Assembly (NCBI GenBank): GCA_001796285.1
Contig: MGMD01000010.1
Location: 65,415-129,414 of the forward strand
Origin: Chlamydiae bacterium RIFCSPLOWO2_12_FULL_45_20
Lineage (GTDB): Bacteria > Chlamydiota > Chlamydiia > Chlamydiales > SM23-39
Length of the DNA stretch: 64,000 bases
Direction of reading: 5' to 3'
Part shown: positions 9,125-19,009 of the stretch, piece by piece
Numbering within the stretch: position 1 is the stretch's first letter
Layout of the letters: each line of letters begins with the position of its first letter
The notes under the pieces: model-generated
What the model was told of the DNA's origin: nothing
Databases searched by the model: none
The model's input: the letters and a program-made list of their open reading frames with translations, nothing else
Position numbers and translations under genes: made by a program

Positions 9125-10444
9125 TTAGAACTTAACGACTAGAGCGGAGAGGTTATCTCCAGAGTTAGCTTGATAAGCCGAATAGACAATGTTTTTAGCT
9201 AATTCAGCAGCTGGTCGATCTTTATGAGTCTGAACGGCAGCGGCGATTTGTCTTGTGCTGGACACATCATAAATTCCATCGCAGGTTAAGATCAAATGGC
9301 TTCCTTTCGGAATGGCTGCAACAGGATAAACAGTGATTTTGGGTCTTGCGCTAATAGCACCCACATTATGATCTCCCACAGCTCTTGCTACGGCGAGATT
9401 TCCATTGACTCGGTTGCAGAAGATCATGCCACCCCGATTTTCGATCCCTTTTCGATAGTGGGTATCTGTTGGTTTTGCGTCTTCACTGAGCTGAATACCG
9501 TTGTCTAAAATAGTTCTTGAGTCACCCACGTTGGCAGTCCACAACTTTCCATCCAAAATCATTGCTACTGTGGCTGTGGTTCCTGACTGAGGCTCATTGA
9601 ACTCCCCTTTCAATCTGACAAAGGTGATTTTCAGAGCATTCCAAATGGCTTCATCAGTTAGGCCGGCAGAGCAAAATTCGTTCAGAGTCTTATGCAATTG
9701 GCACTCTAAATTTTCTTTCACATAGGGAGAAGCTTGCCCTCCACCGTGACCATCGAAGATTCCAAATAGTTGGATTGGATAGATCTTTCCTCCGACATTC
9801 AAGTTAAAAGAAGTCGTCAAATGTTCATCTTCCATAGTGAGCCTTCGGCCGATGAAATGGCAAATGCCAGCTTCGTAGCCAGGCACTTGTTCTGTATGGG
9901 CATGTCCTTGGAAATCTGCTGGTGCCGGCAAATATTGGAAATCTTTATCGGGTTCTTGAGCTGCTTGATTTTGGGCGCGCTCGAATTGGTTTTGCAATTT
10001 ACCCGCAATCAGTTCGGTTCCCTGTCTGACCCGTTTTGACCTCATTTCAGCAGTGAGTTGTCCTTGGGGTTTTACAAGATGAGATGCCTTTGCTTTTGTA
10101 GACTGCAGGTGATTCACTAATTCTTTAGGAGAAAGGGTTGAACGGAAGCAGCTGAAGCTAACAGATCCGGCGTAGTTTCCTTTTTGCATCTGCTCCATGC
10201 CAAAATTCTGAGCTTGTTGCCAACAGCCCAGAGTAATTAAATACCCGACGAGTGCGAGGCAACCTATAACGACTCGGCTCACTGCTTCGGCTAAAGAGCG
10301 TAGAGAAGTTCCAAGCAGGGCAACTCTTCCACCCATGTGGTATTCGATTTTTGAGATTGTGGAGTGTTCATTACTTTTGCGAACAAGCCAATTAGCCAAT
10401 CCCTGAGGTAAGGAAATATTTTGTTTAAGAGAAACTGTCGCCAT
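9125..10444 (-). CDS. PP2C/PPM Ser/Thr phosphatase with a long N-terminal extension
   Basis: RRLTMEDEH, FGIFDGHGG, SGTTA, ANVGDSR, LAVARAVGD, TCDGIYDV, SGDNLS; probable start ATG 10444. Confidence 0.88.
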   Translation of the reverse strand: MATVSLKQNISLPQGLANWLVRKSNEHSTISKIEYHMGGRVALLGTSLRSLAEAVSRVVIGCLALVGYLITLGCWQQAQNFGMEQMQKGNYAGSVSFSCFRSTLSPKELVNHLQSTKAKASHLVKPQGQLTAEMRSKRVRQGTELIAGKLQNQFERAQNQAAQEPDKDFQYLPAPADFQGHAHTEQVPGYEAGICHFIGRRLTMEDEHLTTSFNLNVGGKIYPIQLFGIFDGHGGGQASPYVKENLECQLHKTLNEFCSAGLTDEAIWNALKITFVRLKGEFNEPQSGTTATVAMILDGKLWTANVGDSRTILDNGIQLSEDAKPTDTHYRKGIENRGGMIFCNRVNGNLAVARAVGDHNVGAISARPKITVYPVAAIPKGSHLILTCDGIYDVSSTRQIAAAVQTHKDRPAAELAKNIVYSAYQANSGDNLSALVVKF

Positions 10445-10572
10445 GGTTTTGGGTGCCGGTTTTTGCCACAAAGTATAGCACTGGGAGGGCAAAATAGACA
10501 CAAGTAAAATATTTCTTTTGAATAACGGCGAGCAGTACCTCCTTTGGCGGACTACTGAGCATGGAGTAAAAA

Positions 10573-10641
10573 ATGACGAGAACACCCCACACAGTCGAGT
10601 TCAAGAAAAAAGTGGCCTTGGAAGCTATCAAGACGGTCTAG
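10573..10641 (+). pseudogene. IS3-family transposase OrfA N-terminal scar
   Basis: SD GGAG plus MTRTPHTVEFKKKVALEAIKTV*, resembling the IS3 OrfA start motif (S/T)xEFKxKVALEA. Confidence 0.6.
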
Positions 10642-10690
10642 CCATGAATCACTTATTTTGTGTATTCTTCTATCAAAACAAGGAGGAAAA

Positions 10691-11254
10691 ATGAGCGTAC
10701 GGTTGCCTCTCAGGATTGGACATAAAGAAGAGTGCTTTATAGTCGAAGAGGCGACAGAGGGTCACGATGTAAGAAACATCGCTGCTGTTATCAATTCTGC
10801 ATATCAAAAAGTCGAATATTTGCAAGGTGGAGTTGACAGAGCTACATTTACTGAAATTCAAAGTTTTGTTTCTAATCCTAGACAGAAACTTTATCTTTGC
10901 ATCTCGCCTAGTCACGAAATTTGTGGAACCATTCTCTTAGATTTTTTTGAAAAAAACAAAGCTGAAATTGCCTTATTTGCTATGCATCCAGATTATCAGG
11001 GGTATAAAATTGGTCCTATGTTCATGAATTATGTGGAAGAAGAGGCATTTAAGAAAGTGCACGCTATTATCTTGAAGGTCATACCTCTATTCCAAGGAAA
11101 TCTGGTAAAGTTTTATGAGCGATTAGGATACAAAGACACAGGTGAATTCATAGACTTTCCTGAAGAAGATAAACTGAGATATATCAGACCTGATTGTAGG
11201 GATCGAGTCGTTTTTTCGATTATGCAAAAAAATAGAATCCGAAGTGCTCTTTAA
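10691..11254 (+). CDS. GNAT family N-acetyltransferase
   Basis: FAMHPDYQGYKIG (motif A), FYERLGY; SD AGGAGG. Confidence 0.85.
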   Translation: MSVRLPLRIGHKEECFIVEEATEGHDVRNIAAVINSAYQKVEYLQGGVDRATFTEIQSFVSNPRQKLYLCISPSHEICGTILLDFFEKNKAEIALFAMHPDYQGYKIGPMFMNYVEEEAFKKVHAIILKVIPLFQGNLVKFYERLGYKDTGEFIDFPEEDKLRYIRPDCRDRVVFSIMQKNRIRSAL

Positions 11255-11372
11255 TTTTGTTGTTCAAAAATCAAATTTGTTGCGATTGGTATGAGTTCCT
11301 TTCTCGGTAGATAAGTTCAAAAAATATATAAAGTTGAGTATAGTGTGTTTTTCAAGAGAAAGGAGCGTTTTC

Positions 11373-12320
11373 ATGTCCAAGGCAAAAGAAGTTTATAGCT
11401 CAGAAAAGTGTGCAACTGTCACAACGTATGTCTCAGCAAAAGACAAGATCAAAGATCCCAGCATTACGGAAAAATATTACGATTTGGTCACCGACTTTTT
11501 TGAGGCCGGCTGGGGAAAATCTTTTCACTTTGCTCCGCAAAGGATGGGAGAGAAAATGCAAGATGCGATGCTTCGCTATGAAATAAAAGTGGCGGAAGCT
11601 CTTCAACTCAAACCAAGCATGAAGGTTCTCGATGTAGGATGCGGGGTGGCTGGGCCCATGAGAAATATTGCCCAATATTCCGGCGCTAACATTGTAGGGC
11701 TGAATATCAATGCCTATCAAATTAAAAAGGCAAAAGAGTACATTCAAAAAAGCCATTTAGAAAACATTTGCTCATTGTACGAGGGTAATTTCATGGATAC
11801 AAAATTGCCGGCTGCAAGTTTTGATGCCGTGTATGCCATTGAAGCTACACCCCATGCCCCAGATAAGACCAAGTGCTTTAAAGAGGTGCATCGTTTACTC
11901 AAGCCAGGCGGGTGTTTTGCTGGTTATGAGTACTGTTTATTAGACAACTACGATGAGAACAATAGGGATCATTGTCAGATCATGGAAGATTTAGAGCATG
12001 GCGGTGGGCTACAGAAGATCTCCTCTATGAAAGCGGTGCAGCAGGCGTTCCTTGATGCTGGGTTTAAGGTTCTGGAAATAGGCAATAGTTGTACGGAGGG
12101 CTGCTCATGGGCATTGCCGCTACGAACAGGGTTTAGAAGATCAAAATTTGGCAGGTTCTGTACCGATGTGATGATTCGCGTTCTCGAAGGGGTTGGCATT
12201 GCCCCTAAAGGTTCAACCAAGGTAGGAGATTTTTTAAACTTGGGCGCCGATGCATTTGTGGAAGCTGAAAAAAGAGGTATTTTTACTCCTAGCTTGTTCT
12301 TCTTAGTGCAGAAGAACTAG
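11373..12320 (+). CDS. sterol C24-methyltransferase (ERG6/SMT1) homolog
   Basis: YYDLVTDFFEAGWGKSFHFAP, LDVGCGVAGP, GLNINAYQI, YAIEATPHAP, LKPGG, C-terminal GIFTP; SD AGGAG. Confidence 0.85.
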   Translation: MSKAKEVYSSEKCATVTTYVSAKDKIKDPSITEKYYDLVTDFFEAGWGKSFHFAPQRMGEKMQDAMLRYEIKVAEALQLKPSMKVLDVGCGVAGPMRNIAQYSGANIVGLNINAYQIKKAKEYIQKSHLENICSLYEGNFMDTKLPAASFDAVYAIEATPHAPDKTKCFKEVHRLLKPGGCFAGYEYCLLDNYDENNRDHCQIMEDLEHGGGLQKISSMKAVQQAFLDAGFKVLEIGNSCTEGCSWALPLRTGFRRSKFGRFCTDVMIRVLEGVGIAPKGSTKVGDFLNLGADAFVEAEKRGIFTPSLFFLVQKN

Positions 12321-12332
12321 CCTGTTCGAGCG

Positions 12333-13088
12333 CTAGAGCTGGCTAAAAGGGTTTGCAGATTGGTCAAATCGGCCGCCTTTCCTTCGGTTTTTTAGCTCTG
12401 TCCGGATCGAGTAGAGAAGGTCTTGGTCAAAGTCTTTCCCCTCTGCCCATTGGAGGTATTCGATCGGGATCTCATCAAATTTTCTCCCTTTATGTTTTCC
12501 GAGAGGCATGACTTTTAGCTTGATGGGCTTTTCCAGTGCTCTCATGAGTTCTTGTGTTGTTTTGTAGCTTTTTGCGAGGTACTTAAAAACCTCGATATTC
12601 ACAATGACGTCGCTCATAGCCCGATGAGCTCCTTCCGGCTCAATATTAAAGTGTTGGCGGAGTTTTTCTAAAGAGTTGATCGGGCTTTCCCCATAGAGCC
12701 GTGCCAAACGAAGAGTGTCAATAAAAGGCTGCTTGTCAATGCGAGTAGGGATTTGGTGCCTCTTTGCTTCCTCTTTAAGGAGAGTAATATCAAAGCCAAC
12801 GCCATGGCCGACCAGGATGTACCCATCAATGAGCTGGAAAAGAGCGGGTAGAATTTCACCGGCCTTTGGCTTCCCTTGAAGCATCTCAGAAGAAATTTTG
12901 TGGATCTCTTGAGAGACCTGGGGGATCTCACATTCTGGATTGACTAATGTTTCAAATTCTTGCAGCACTTGATCAAAAGTAAAGCGCCTTGCCGCCACTT
13001 CAATGAGACGGTCTTGCTGTGGGTCGAGTCCTGTCGATTCACAGTCGAGACAGACAAACAGATCTTGGTGAATCAATCCCATGCTCAA
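12333..13088 (-). CDS. dnaQ: DnaQ-like DEDDh 3'-5' exonuclease with a C-terminal MPLGKHKG (DUF3820-like) domain
   Basis: LDCESTG, GHGVGFD, IDTL, HRAMSD. Confidence 0.85.
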   Translation of the reverse strand: MSMGLIHQDLFVCLDCESTGLDPQQDRLIEVAARRFTFDQVLQEFETLVNPECEIPQVSQEIHKISSEMLQGKPKAGEILPALFQLIDGYILVGHGVGFDITLLKEEAKRHQIPTRIDKQPFIDTLRLARLYGESPINSLEKLRQHFNIEPEGAHRAMSDVIVNIEVFKYLAKSYKTTQELMRALEKPIKLKVMPLGKHKGRKFDEIPIEYLQWAEGKDFDQDLLYSIRTELKNRRKGGRFDQSANPFSQL

Positions 13089-13648
13089 AAACCTAATATT
13101 TTTTCGATTTTTTGTTGGATATTGCGCCTTCCATCTGGTTCTTTTACAGTAGACACAATCGCTTCCGGATACATTTGCTGCAGTTTACCTTTTTCTACTC
13201 GGGAGAGCTTATCAGTTTTGGTAAAAATCCACAAAAGGGGAATCTTTTTTTCTTTTGCCCATGCGATCATCACGTCATCTTCTTGATTCGGGCCCCTTCT
13301 ACTGTCGATCAGGAAGAGAAGAAGGCGAAGAGTGGTCCTTGTACTCAGATAGTGATCCACTGCTTTGGACCAATTTTCCATTTCCCGCTCCGATGCTTTG
13401 GCAAAACCGTAACCTGGTAAATCGACAAGCAAATACCGATCCTCAACGGAAAAAAAATTCAGTAAACGGGTTTTCCCAGGGGAAGAAGATGTTTTCGCAA
13501 GGTTTTTTTGATTGAAAAGATAATTGATGAGACTCGATTTCCCAACGTTCGAGCGCCCGATGAGTGCAACCTCGGGAAGCAGGATGCCTTGAGGGCTTTT
13601 TAGAGTTGGAAAATCAGTCAACGTAGAGAGTAAAAACCGCACTAACAT
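13085..13648 (-). CDS. engB: ribosome biogenesis GTPase YihA/YsxC
   Basis: GRSNVGKSS, PGKT, DLPGYG, TKTDK. Confidence 0.93.
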   Translation of the reverse strand: MLVRFLLSTLTDFPTLKSPQGILLPEVALIGRSNVGKSSLINYLFNQKNLAKTSSSPGKTRLLNFFSVEDRYLLVDLPGYGFAKASEREMENWSKAVDHYLSTRTTLRLLLFLIDSRRGPNQEDDVMIAWAKEKKIPLLWIFTKTDKLSRVEKGKLQQMYPEAIVSTVKEPDGRRNIQQKIEKILGF

Positions 13649-14097
13649 AGGCTGCGCTCCGTCAGGCTGGATGAGCGGTATGTCACGTCGGCAATTCTTC
13701 CAGTTCCTTGATACCGAAAGAAAATGTAAAGGGTCTTTTCAGGAAGAAGATCTAGAATCCGGTCTGGCCACTCAATGGCTGTAACCACGTCGTTGTGAAA
13801 ATGTTCTTCAAACCCTAACTGAAGGAAATCTTGCGAGTTTTTAAGACGGTAAAGATCAAAGTGTGCTAACCCCTCATAGAGGTTCAGTAGGACAAAGGTA
13901 GGACTGTGGATAGGCTCGAGAATGTTTAAGCCGAGCGCTAAACCCTTCACGAAGGTCGTTTTCCCTGCTCCCAAATCCCCGTAGAGCGCAAGCACGGTGT
14001 TCTTTAGAATCTCCCTGCCAATCCGCCGCCCAAAGGCCAGGGTTGCTTCTTGTGTGGGCAGGGGATAAGTTCCGAGCACTAGTCTGATTCGACCCAT
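13642..14097 (-). CDS. tsaE: tRNA t6A biosynthesis ATPase TsaE
   Basis: GDLGAGKTTF, SPTF, HFDLYRL, IEW; exact start uncertain. Confidence 0.92.
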   Translation of the reverse strand: MGRIRLVLGTYPLPTQEATLAFGRRIGREILKNTVLALYGDLGAGKTTFVKGLALGLNILEPIHSPTFVLLNLYEGLAHFDLYRLKNSQDFLQLGFEEHFHNDVVTAIEWPDRILDLLPEKTLYIFFRYQGTGRIADVTYRSSSLTERSLC

Positions 14098-14804
14098 TTT
14101 TCTAAGTAAGACTCAAATTCTGAATGTTGAGAGAGCCCCTCTACGAATCCAGCAATCTTGTCTTCAGTCAGGTGTTTTTGAATGAACTCTAAAAATCCTT
14201 CTTCTATCTGGAAACGGTTTTGATTTTGTACTTCAAGTAAAGTTAAATGCTTGACGTGGTTGTTTTTGAAGTCGTCGAGTACAGCTTTCTTGCTATTAAA
14301 TAGTTTCCCTGTAATGGCCGATGAGTAAACTACTTTTTTAATCGAAGCTTTCCTTTTCACAATATAATTTTTAATGACCTCAGAATCTTCCGAAACAAAA
14401 AATCTTTTGACCGGTAGCCCTCCGATACGTTCCTTGTTTTCAGGACATTTAGAGACCCAGTCATAAATCGCATCTTGAGGATTGGGGCACGTGTTGTCTC
14501 CAAACACCTTCCCAGTGAAGGGACAAATGTAAATCTTTTTTGTCCCTTCGTTAACGCTTTGCTGGCCGAATTGGACGGTAATCTCAGTCTCCCGCCAAAT
14601 TTTTCCTTGGCTTTCGAGTTTTGCGAGCAAATTATCTACGCTTTGATAAATCGTCTTTTCTTTTGGAAACAAAACAGGTTTTAAATTGTATTTTTCTTCA
14701 ATAAAAGCGAGATAAACGGTAACTAAATCTGCACCGCGGTTTTTTTTGATAAATTTCAATAATTCACTTTTCTGTTCCTCAGTAATGCTGAGAACGGCAG
14801 CCAT
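14079..14804 (-). CDS. Chlamydiae-conserved DUF2709-like protein
   Basis: IYICPFTGKVFGDN..NPQDAIYDWVSKCPEN; position upstream of tsaE. Confidence 0.75.
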   Translation of the reverse strand: MAAVLSITEEQKSELLKFIKKNRGADLVTVYLAFIEEKYNLKPVLFPKEKTIYQSVDNLLAKLESQGKIWRETEITVQFGQQSVNEGTKKIYICPFTGKVFGDNTCPNPQDAIYDWVSKCPENKERIGGLPVKRFFVSEDSEVIKNYIVKRKASIKKVVYSSAITGKLFNSKKAVLDDFKNNHVKHLTLLEVQNQNRFQIEEGFLEFIQKHLTEDKIAGFVEGLSQHSEFESYLEKWVESD

Positions 14805-14896
14805 GACACAATCCCCTAAATCTTAAGAGGTCTTAAGTTACAATAAAGAGTCATTATCATCAAGTATTTGGTCAGGGGTTCGAAGGATTTATCCCC

Positions 14897-14925
14897 TTGA
14901 TTCTCGAGAGGTCCCGTGGTATAGT
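14897..14925 (+). promoter_or_regulatory. putative sigma66 promoter of ldh-argS
   Basis: TTGATT-17 nt-TATAGT with an extended TG. Confidence 0.5.
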
Positions 14926-14954
14926 GCTGAAAAAAAACTTGAGAGGCTCGTCTT

Positions 14955-16121
14955 ATGACCCAACAACTTCTGGAAAAAAGTGTACCGGATCTGAAAAAAC
15001 GATTGGCTGGCCTGCTTCAAGAAAGTCAAAAAGGACTCCAGTTTGAGCGCATTCTTGTAAAAGGGTACGAAAAAGTGGTTAAGGTCACGGACAAAAGAGT
15101 GGGGCTAACCGCAATCATTGCCATTCACAATACGATGCTTGGGCCTGCACTTGGTGGAATTCGCATCCTGCCTTATTCTTCGGTCGAAGCTGCGCTCGAA
15201 GATGTTTTGAGGCTCTCTAAAGGGATGACCTATAAGTCCGCTATAGCAGAGGTGGGGTTTGGCGGGGGGAAGAGTATCATTATTGCGAACAGCAAAGAGA
15301 AGACTCCGGAGCTTCTGCGATCTTTTGGAGCTGCCGTTGAAAAACTCGGCGGCATTTACATCTGTGCAGAAGATATGGGGTGCAGTACAGAAGATGTAAA
15401 AGTGATCCGGCAAACGACCCAATATGTTGTGGGTCTGCCGCACGAAAAGAGTAGCGGCGATCCTGGCCCCTTTACCGCATGGGGCACTTTTCGGGGCATT
15501 TTATCGGCGGTACAGCATCTTTATAAAAGCCCTTCCCTAGAAGGAAAAAGAGTGGCTGTACAGGGCCTTGGGAGTGTGGGTAAGTGTTTGATCGACCATC
15601 TTTTTTGGGCGGGAGCGGAGTTAATTCTTTCCGATGTGGATACACAAAAACTGGACTACTATGCTAAAAAATATAGCGCCAAAGCTGTACCTCCTGAAGA
15701 GATTTTAGGTGTTGAGTGCGATATTTTGGCTCCTTGCGCAGCGGGTGGAGTGATCAATGACAATACCCTTCCTAAACTGCGGTGCAAGGCGATTGCTGGC
15801 TGTGCGAATAACCAGCTTGACAGAGACGAACATGCGGATCTGTTAAAAGAGCGGAATATTCTTTACGTGCCTGACTTTGTCATTAATGCAGGTGGATTGC
15901 TAAATGTGGCGGCAGAGTTAGAAGATGAGGGCTATAGTTCCAAATTCCCGCGTTACAAAATCCACCACATCTACGATACGTTGCTTGCGATCTACGATAT
16001 TGCCGAGAAAAATCATGAGTCTACGCACACGGCAGCGAAATCGCTAGCAGAGTATCGGATTAAGTATGCGATTGGTAAGAGGGTCATTCCTCCAGTATTC
16101 CACCATACAGCGGAATGTTAA
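14955..16121 (+). CDS. ldh: Leu/Phe/Val dehydrogenase
   Basis: GPALGGIR, GMTYK, GGGKS, AEDMG, QGLGSVG, PDFVINAGG. Confidence 0.9.
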   Translation: MTQQLLEKSVPDLKKRLAGLLQESQKGLQFERILVKGYEKVVKVTDKRVGLTAIIAIHNTMLGPALGGIRILPYSSVEAALEDVLRLSKGMTYKSAIAEVGFGGGKSIIIANSKEKTPELLRSFGAAVEKLGGIYICAEDMGCSTEDVKVIRQTTQYVVGLPHEKSSGDPGPFTAWGTFRGILSAVQHLYKSPSLEGKRVAVQGLGSVGKCLIDHLFWAGAELILSDVDTQKLDYYAKKYSAKAVPPEEILGVECDILAPCAAGGVINDNTLPKLRCKAIAGCANNQLDRDEHADLLKERNILYVPDFVINAGGLLNVAAELEDEGYSSKFPRYKIHHIYDTLLAIYDIAEKNHESTHTAAKSLAEYRIKYAIGKRVIPPVFHHTAEC

Positions 16122-16130
16122 AGCGCCTGC

Positions 16131-17876
16131 ATGGAAACTCTTTTAAGGATCTTTCAGCGGCAAGTCTCTTTATCTATTCAAAAAGCTTTTGGGAGTGCGA
16201 TCCCTAAAGAAGACCAAGAAGCAGATATTGCGCCTTGCATGCAAGAAGGGCATGGCCATTATCAGTGCAATAGTGCATTTCGTTTTTCTAAATTATTGAA
16301 GAAAAGTCCTTACGAAATTGCACAGGCAATCGTGAGTCATTTTGATCGCAACACGTGTTCTAAAGTGGAGATTGCCGGGCCTGGTTTTATTAACTTTACC
16401 CTTTCTCCTGCCTTTCTTTCAGAAAGGCTCCAGCAGCAACTCGAAGACCCTTATTTGGGTGTCTCCCCTCCTAAAAAAAAACAAAAAATCATCGTAGAAT
16501 TTTCTTCTCCTAATATCGCCAAAGAATTGCACGTAGGGCATATCCGCTCTACAATTATTGGGGACTGTCTAGCGAGGCTGTTTGAGTTTTTAGGGCACGA
16601 TGTGCTGCGGTTGAATCATATTGGAGATTGGGGGACTCAGTTTGGGATGCTCATCACCTATATGCAAGAGCATGCCTCCGGTGTCTTAAAGGGCCAAGAG
16701 CCTGCCAGTTTAGAGTCTTTGATGAGGTGGTACAAAGCTGCCAAACAGCGATTTGATGAGGACGCTACCTTTAAGAAACGATCCCAAGAAGAGGTGGTGC
16801 GTTTGCAGTCTGGGGATCCAGAAGCGATGCATGCGTGGAAGATTATTTGCGATAGATCTCGGGTGGGTTTTCAGGAAATTTACGATCTTCTGGATGTTCA
16901 TTTAGTAGAGCGCGGGGAATCTTTTTACAACTCTATGTTGAAAAGCATTGTGGACGAGGTGGAACAGCGGGGTCTTGTGACTCTCTCAAATGGGGCCAAG
17001 TGCGTCTATTTGGAGGGGTTTAAGAACCGGGATGGAGAACCTTTTCCTCTCATGATTCAAAAGTCAGATGGGGGTTACAATTACGATACTACTGATCTTG
17101 CTGCGCTTCGCCACCGTATTTTTGAAGAGAAAGCAGATCGGATTATCGTTGTCGTTGATGCAGGGCAATCTTTACATTTTCAGATGGTATTTGCTGTGGC
17201 AGAAAAATGTGGCTGGCTCGATCCCCAAAAAGTTGAAGTGACTCATGTGGGATTCGGGCTTGTTCTAGGATCCGACGGAAAGAAATTTAAAACGCGCTCA
17301 GGAGAGACGGAAAAATTGATCCATCTTCTGCATATCGCTGTCGAAAAGGCCCGCGCCATTATCCTAGATAAACATCCGGACGCTCAAAAAGAACGAGTGG
17401 ATCATTTAAGCCGCGTGCTCGGCATCGACGCGGTGAAGTATGCTGATCTTGCCTCTCTTCGAACGAAAGATTACGTGTTTAGTTATGATAAGATGCTTCG
17501 TTTTGAAGGAAATACTGCGGTGTTTCTTTTGTATTCTTATGTCCGGATTAATGGGATCAAAAGGAAGGTGGGCAAAGAGATGCGAGCGGTTCTCAAAGAG
17601 AACAGGATTCAGATCTCCCATCCTGCTGAAATTGCTTTAGGGCTTCATTTACTTAGATTTGGGGAAGTCATTGAGGTATTGGCGCGTGACCTTCTCCCCA
17701 ACCGTCTCACCGACTATCTCTATGAGCTTGCAGAAAAATTTAATGCTTTTTTTCGCGACTGTCGGGTGGAAGGCACCTCTGAAGAGGGGCGGCGCTTAGC
17801 TTTTTGTGAATTGACTGCACGAGTGCTTAAGCAAGGCATGGAGATTTTAGGGCTTCAGACTGTAGAGAGGATGTAA
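16131..17876 (+). CDS. argS: arginine--tRNA ligase
   Basis: SSPNIAKELHVGH, NHIGDWGTQFG, KFKTRSG. Confidence 0.97.
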   Translation: METLLRIFQRQVSLSIQKAFGSAIPKEDQEADIAPCMQEGHGHYQCNSAFRFSKLLKKSPYEIAQAIVSHFDRNTCSKVEIAGPGFINFTLSPAFLSERLQQQLEDPYLGVSPPKKKQKIIVEFSSPNIAKELHVGHIRSTIIGDCLARLFEFLGHDVLRLNHIGDWGTQFGMLITYMQEHASGVLKGQEPASLESLMRWYKAAKQRFDEDATFKKRSQEEVVRLQSGDPEAMHAWKIICDRSRVGFQEIYDLLDVHLVERGESFYNSMLKSIVDEVEQRGLVTLSNGAKCVYLEGFKNRDGEPFPLMIQKSDGGYNYDTTDLAALRHRIFEEKADRIIVVVDAGQSLHFQMVFAVAEKCGWLDPQKVEVTHVGFGLVLGSDGKKFKTRSGETEKLIHLLHIAVEKARAIILDKHPDAQKERVDHLSRVLGIDAVKYADLASLRTKDYVFSYDKMLRFEGNTAVFLLYSYVRINGIKRKVGKEMRAVLKENRIQISHPAEIALGLHLLRFGEVIEVLARDLLPNRLTDYLYELAEKFNAFFRDCRVEGTSEEGRRLAFCELTARVLKQGMEILGLQTVERM

Positions 17877-17952
17877 TAGACATGCCAGAATTGCTATTGT
17901 ATCTCTAAAGTGATAAGGTTACAATCCGAAGATTTTTTTAAGAGAAGCCGAA

Positions 17953-18507
17953 TTGCGACACACGATCTTGCACCTGATATCGAAGATACAACCTATTGAC
18001 TCTATTGAATCTGAACAGATTGAGTTTGTTAAACAATGGGTGTCTTCCGGTGCGGATCTTTTCAGAACAGCGAAACCTAAAACGCCAGATCCCCATCTGG
18101 TATCCTACTTTGCGTTTGTAGATCAGAGGCAACAACGATTGCTTTTCGTCGACCATAAAAAATGCAATCTTTGGATTTTTCCGGGAGGCCATGTTGAACC
18201 CGGCGAACATCCCCAAGAGACTGTTACAAGAGAATGTCTCGAAGAACTAGGCTCTTTTGCCCATTTCTTATCGATTGACCCTTTTTTCCTTACTATCGCC
18301 AAAACGACAAATCCAGTTGGACAACATACCGATATCTCCTTCTGGTTTCTGCTAAAAAAACCAGAAGATTTAGTCCTGACATATTGCAAAGAAGAATTCC
18401 ATCAGATCTGCTGGTTTTCTCTCGATGAGATTCCCTATCATCGCTCAGATTCCAACATGAAGCGATTTATCGATAAACTGATCCAACATCAAATCATAAA
18501 AATTTGA
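17953..18507 (+). CDS. Nudix hydrolase
   Basis: Nudix box GGHVEPGEHPQETVTRECLEELG. Confidence 0.85.
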   Translation: MRHTILHLISKIQPIDSIESEQIEFVKQWVSSGADLFRTAKPKTPDPHLVSYFAFVDQRQQRLLFVDHKKCNLWIFPGGHVEPGEHPQETVTRECLEELGSFAHFLSIDPFFLTIAKTTNPVGQHTDISFWFLLKKPEDLVLTYCKEEFHQICWFSLDEIPYHRSDSNMKRFIDKLIQHQIIKI

Positions 18508-18552
18508 TTGCCTCTTTCTAAATTTTTTTGGTATCCTTCGCGAGGTTTAAAA

Positions 18553-18966
18553 ATGAGAAGAAGGGAAGTCGTGAGCATAAACATTGTGCCACAACGTTGT
18601 TCGAAACCGATCGGGCGGTATGTGCCAGGAAAGCTTGTGCCTCTTGTTGGCGCAAAGTCATTATTGTTTATTACCGGGCAAGTTGCAACAGATGAAACCG
18701 GAAAAACCGTCGGAATCGGCGATCCCGGTATTCAGGCGAAAAAAGTCTTTTCAAACCTTCTCATGGTTATTGAAGCGGCAGGTGGAACACTTGAACATCT
18801 TGTTTCCATCACCATCTATGTGACGGATATGAATCATTTTAAAGCGATCTCAGCCATGCGCAACGAATTATTTAAAGATCATACACCTTCGAGCACATTG
18901 GTAGAAGTGAAAGGATTGGCTCAAAAAGAGCACCTTCTTGAGATCTCGGGAATCGCAGTGTTGTAG
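18553..18966 (+). CDS. RidA/YjgF family protein
   Basis: LFITGQV, PSSTLVEV, LLEISGIAV; start uncertain (18508 or 18553). Confidence 0.85.
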   Translation: MRRREVVSINIVPQRCSKPIGRYVPGKLVPLVGAKSLLFITGQVATDETGKTVGIGDPGIQAKKVFSNLLMVIEAAGGTLEHLVSITIYVTDMNHFKAISAMRNELFKDHTPSSTLVEVKGLAQKEHLLEISGIAVL

Positions 18967-19009
18967 AACTATGTTGAACTGTGCTACGCTTCGATCCAAA
19001 TTAGCTCTG

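Noticed and set aside
14825-14835. AAGAGGTC half-sites here and near 45708 as further palindromic-element copies
   Set aside because: Single partial matches with no partner inverted repeat; could be chance.
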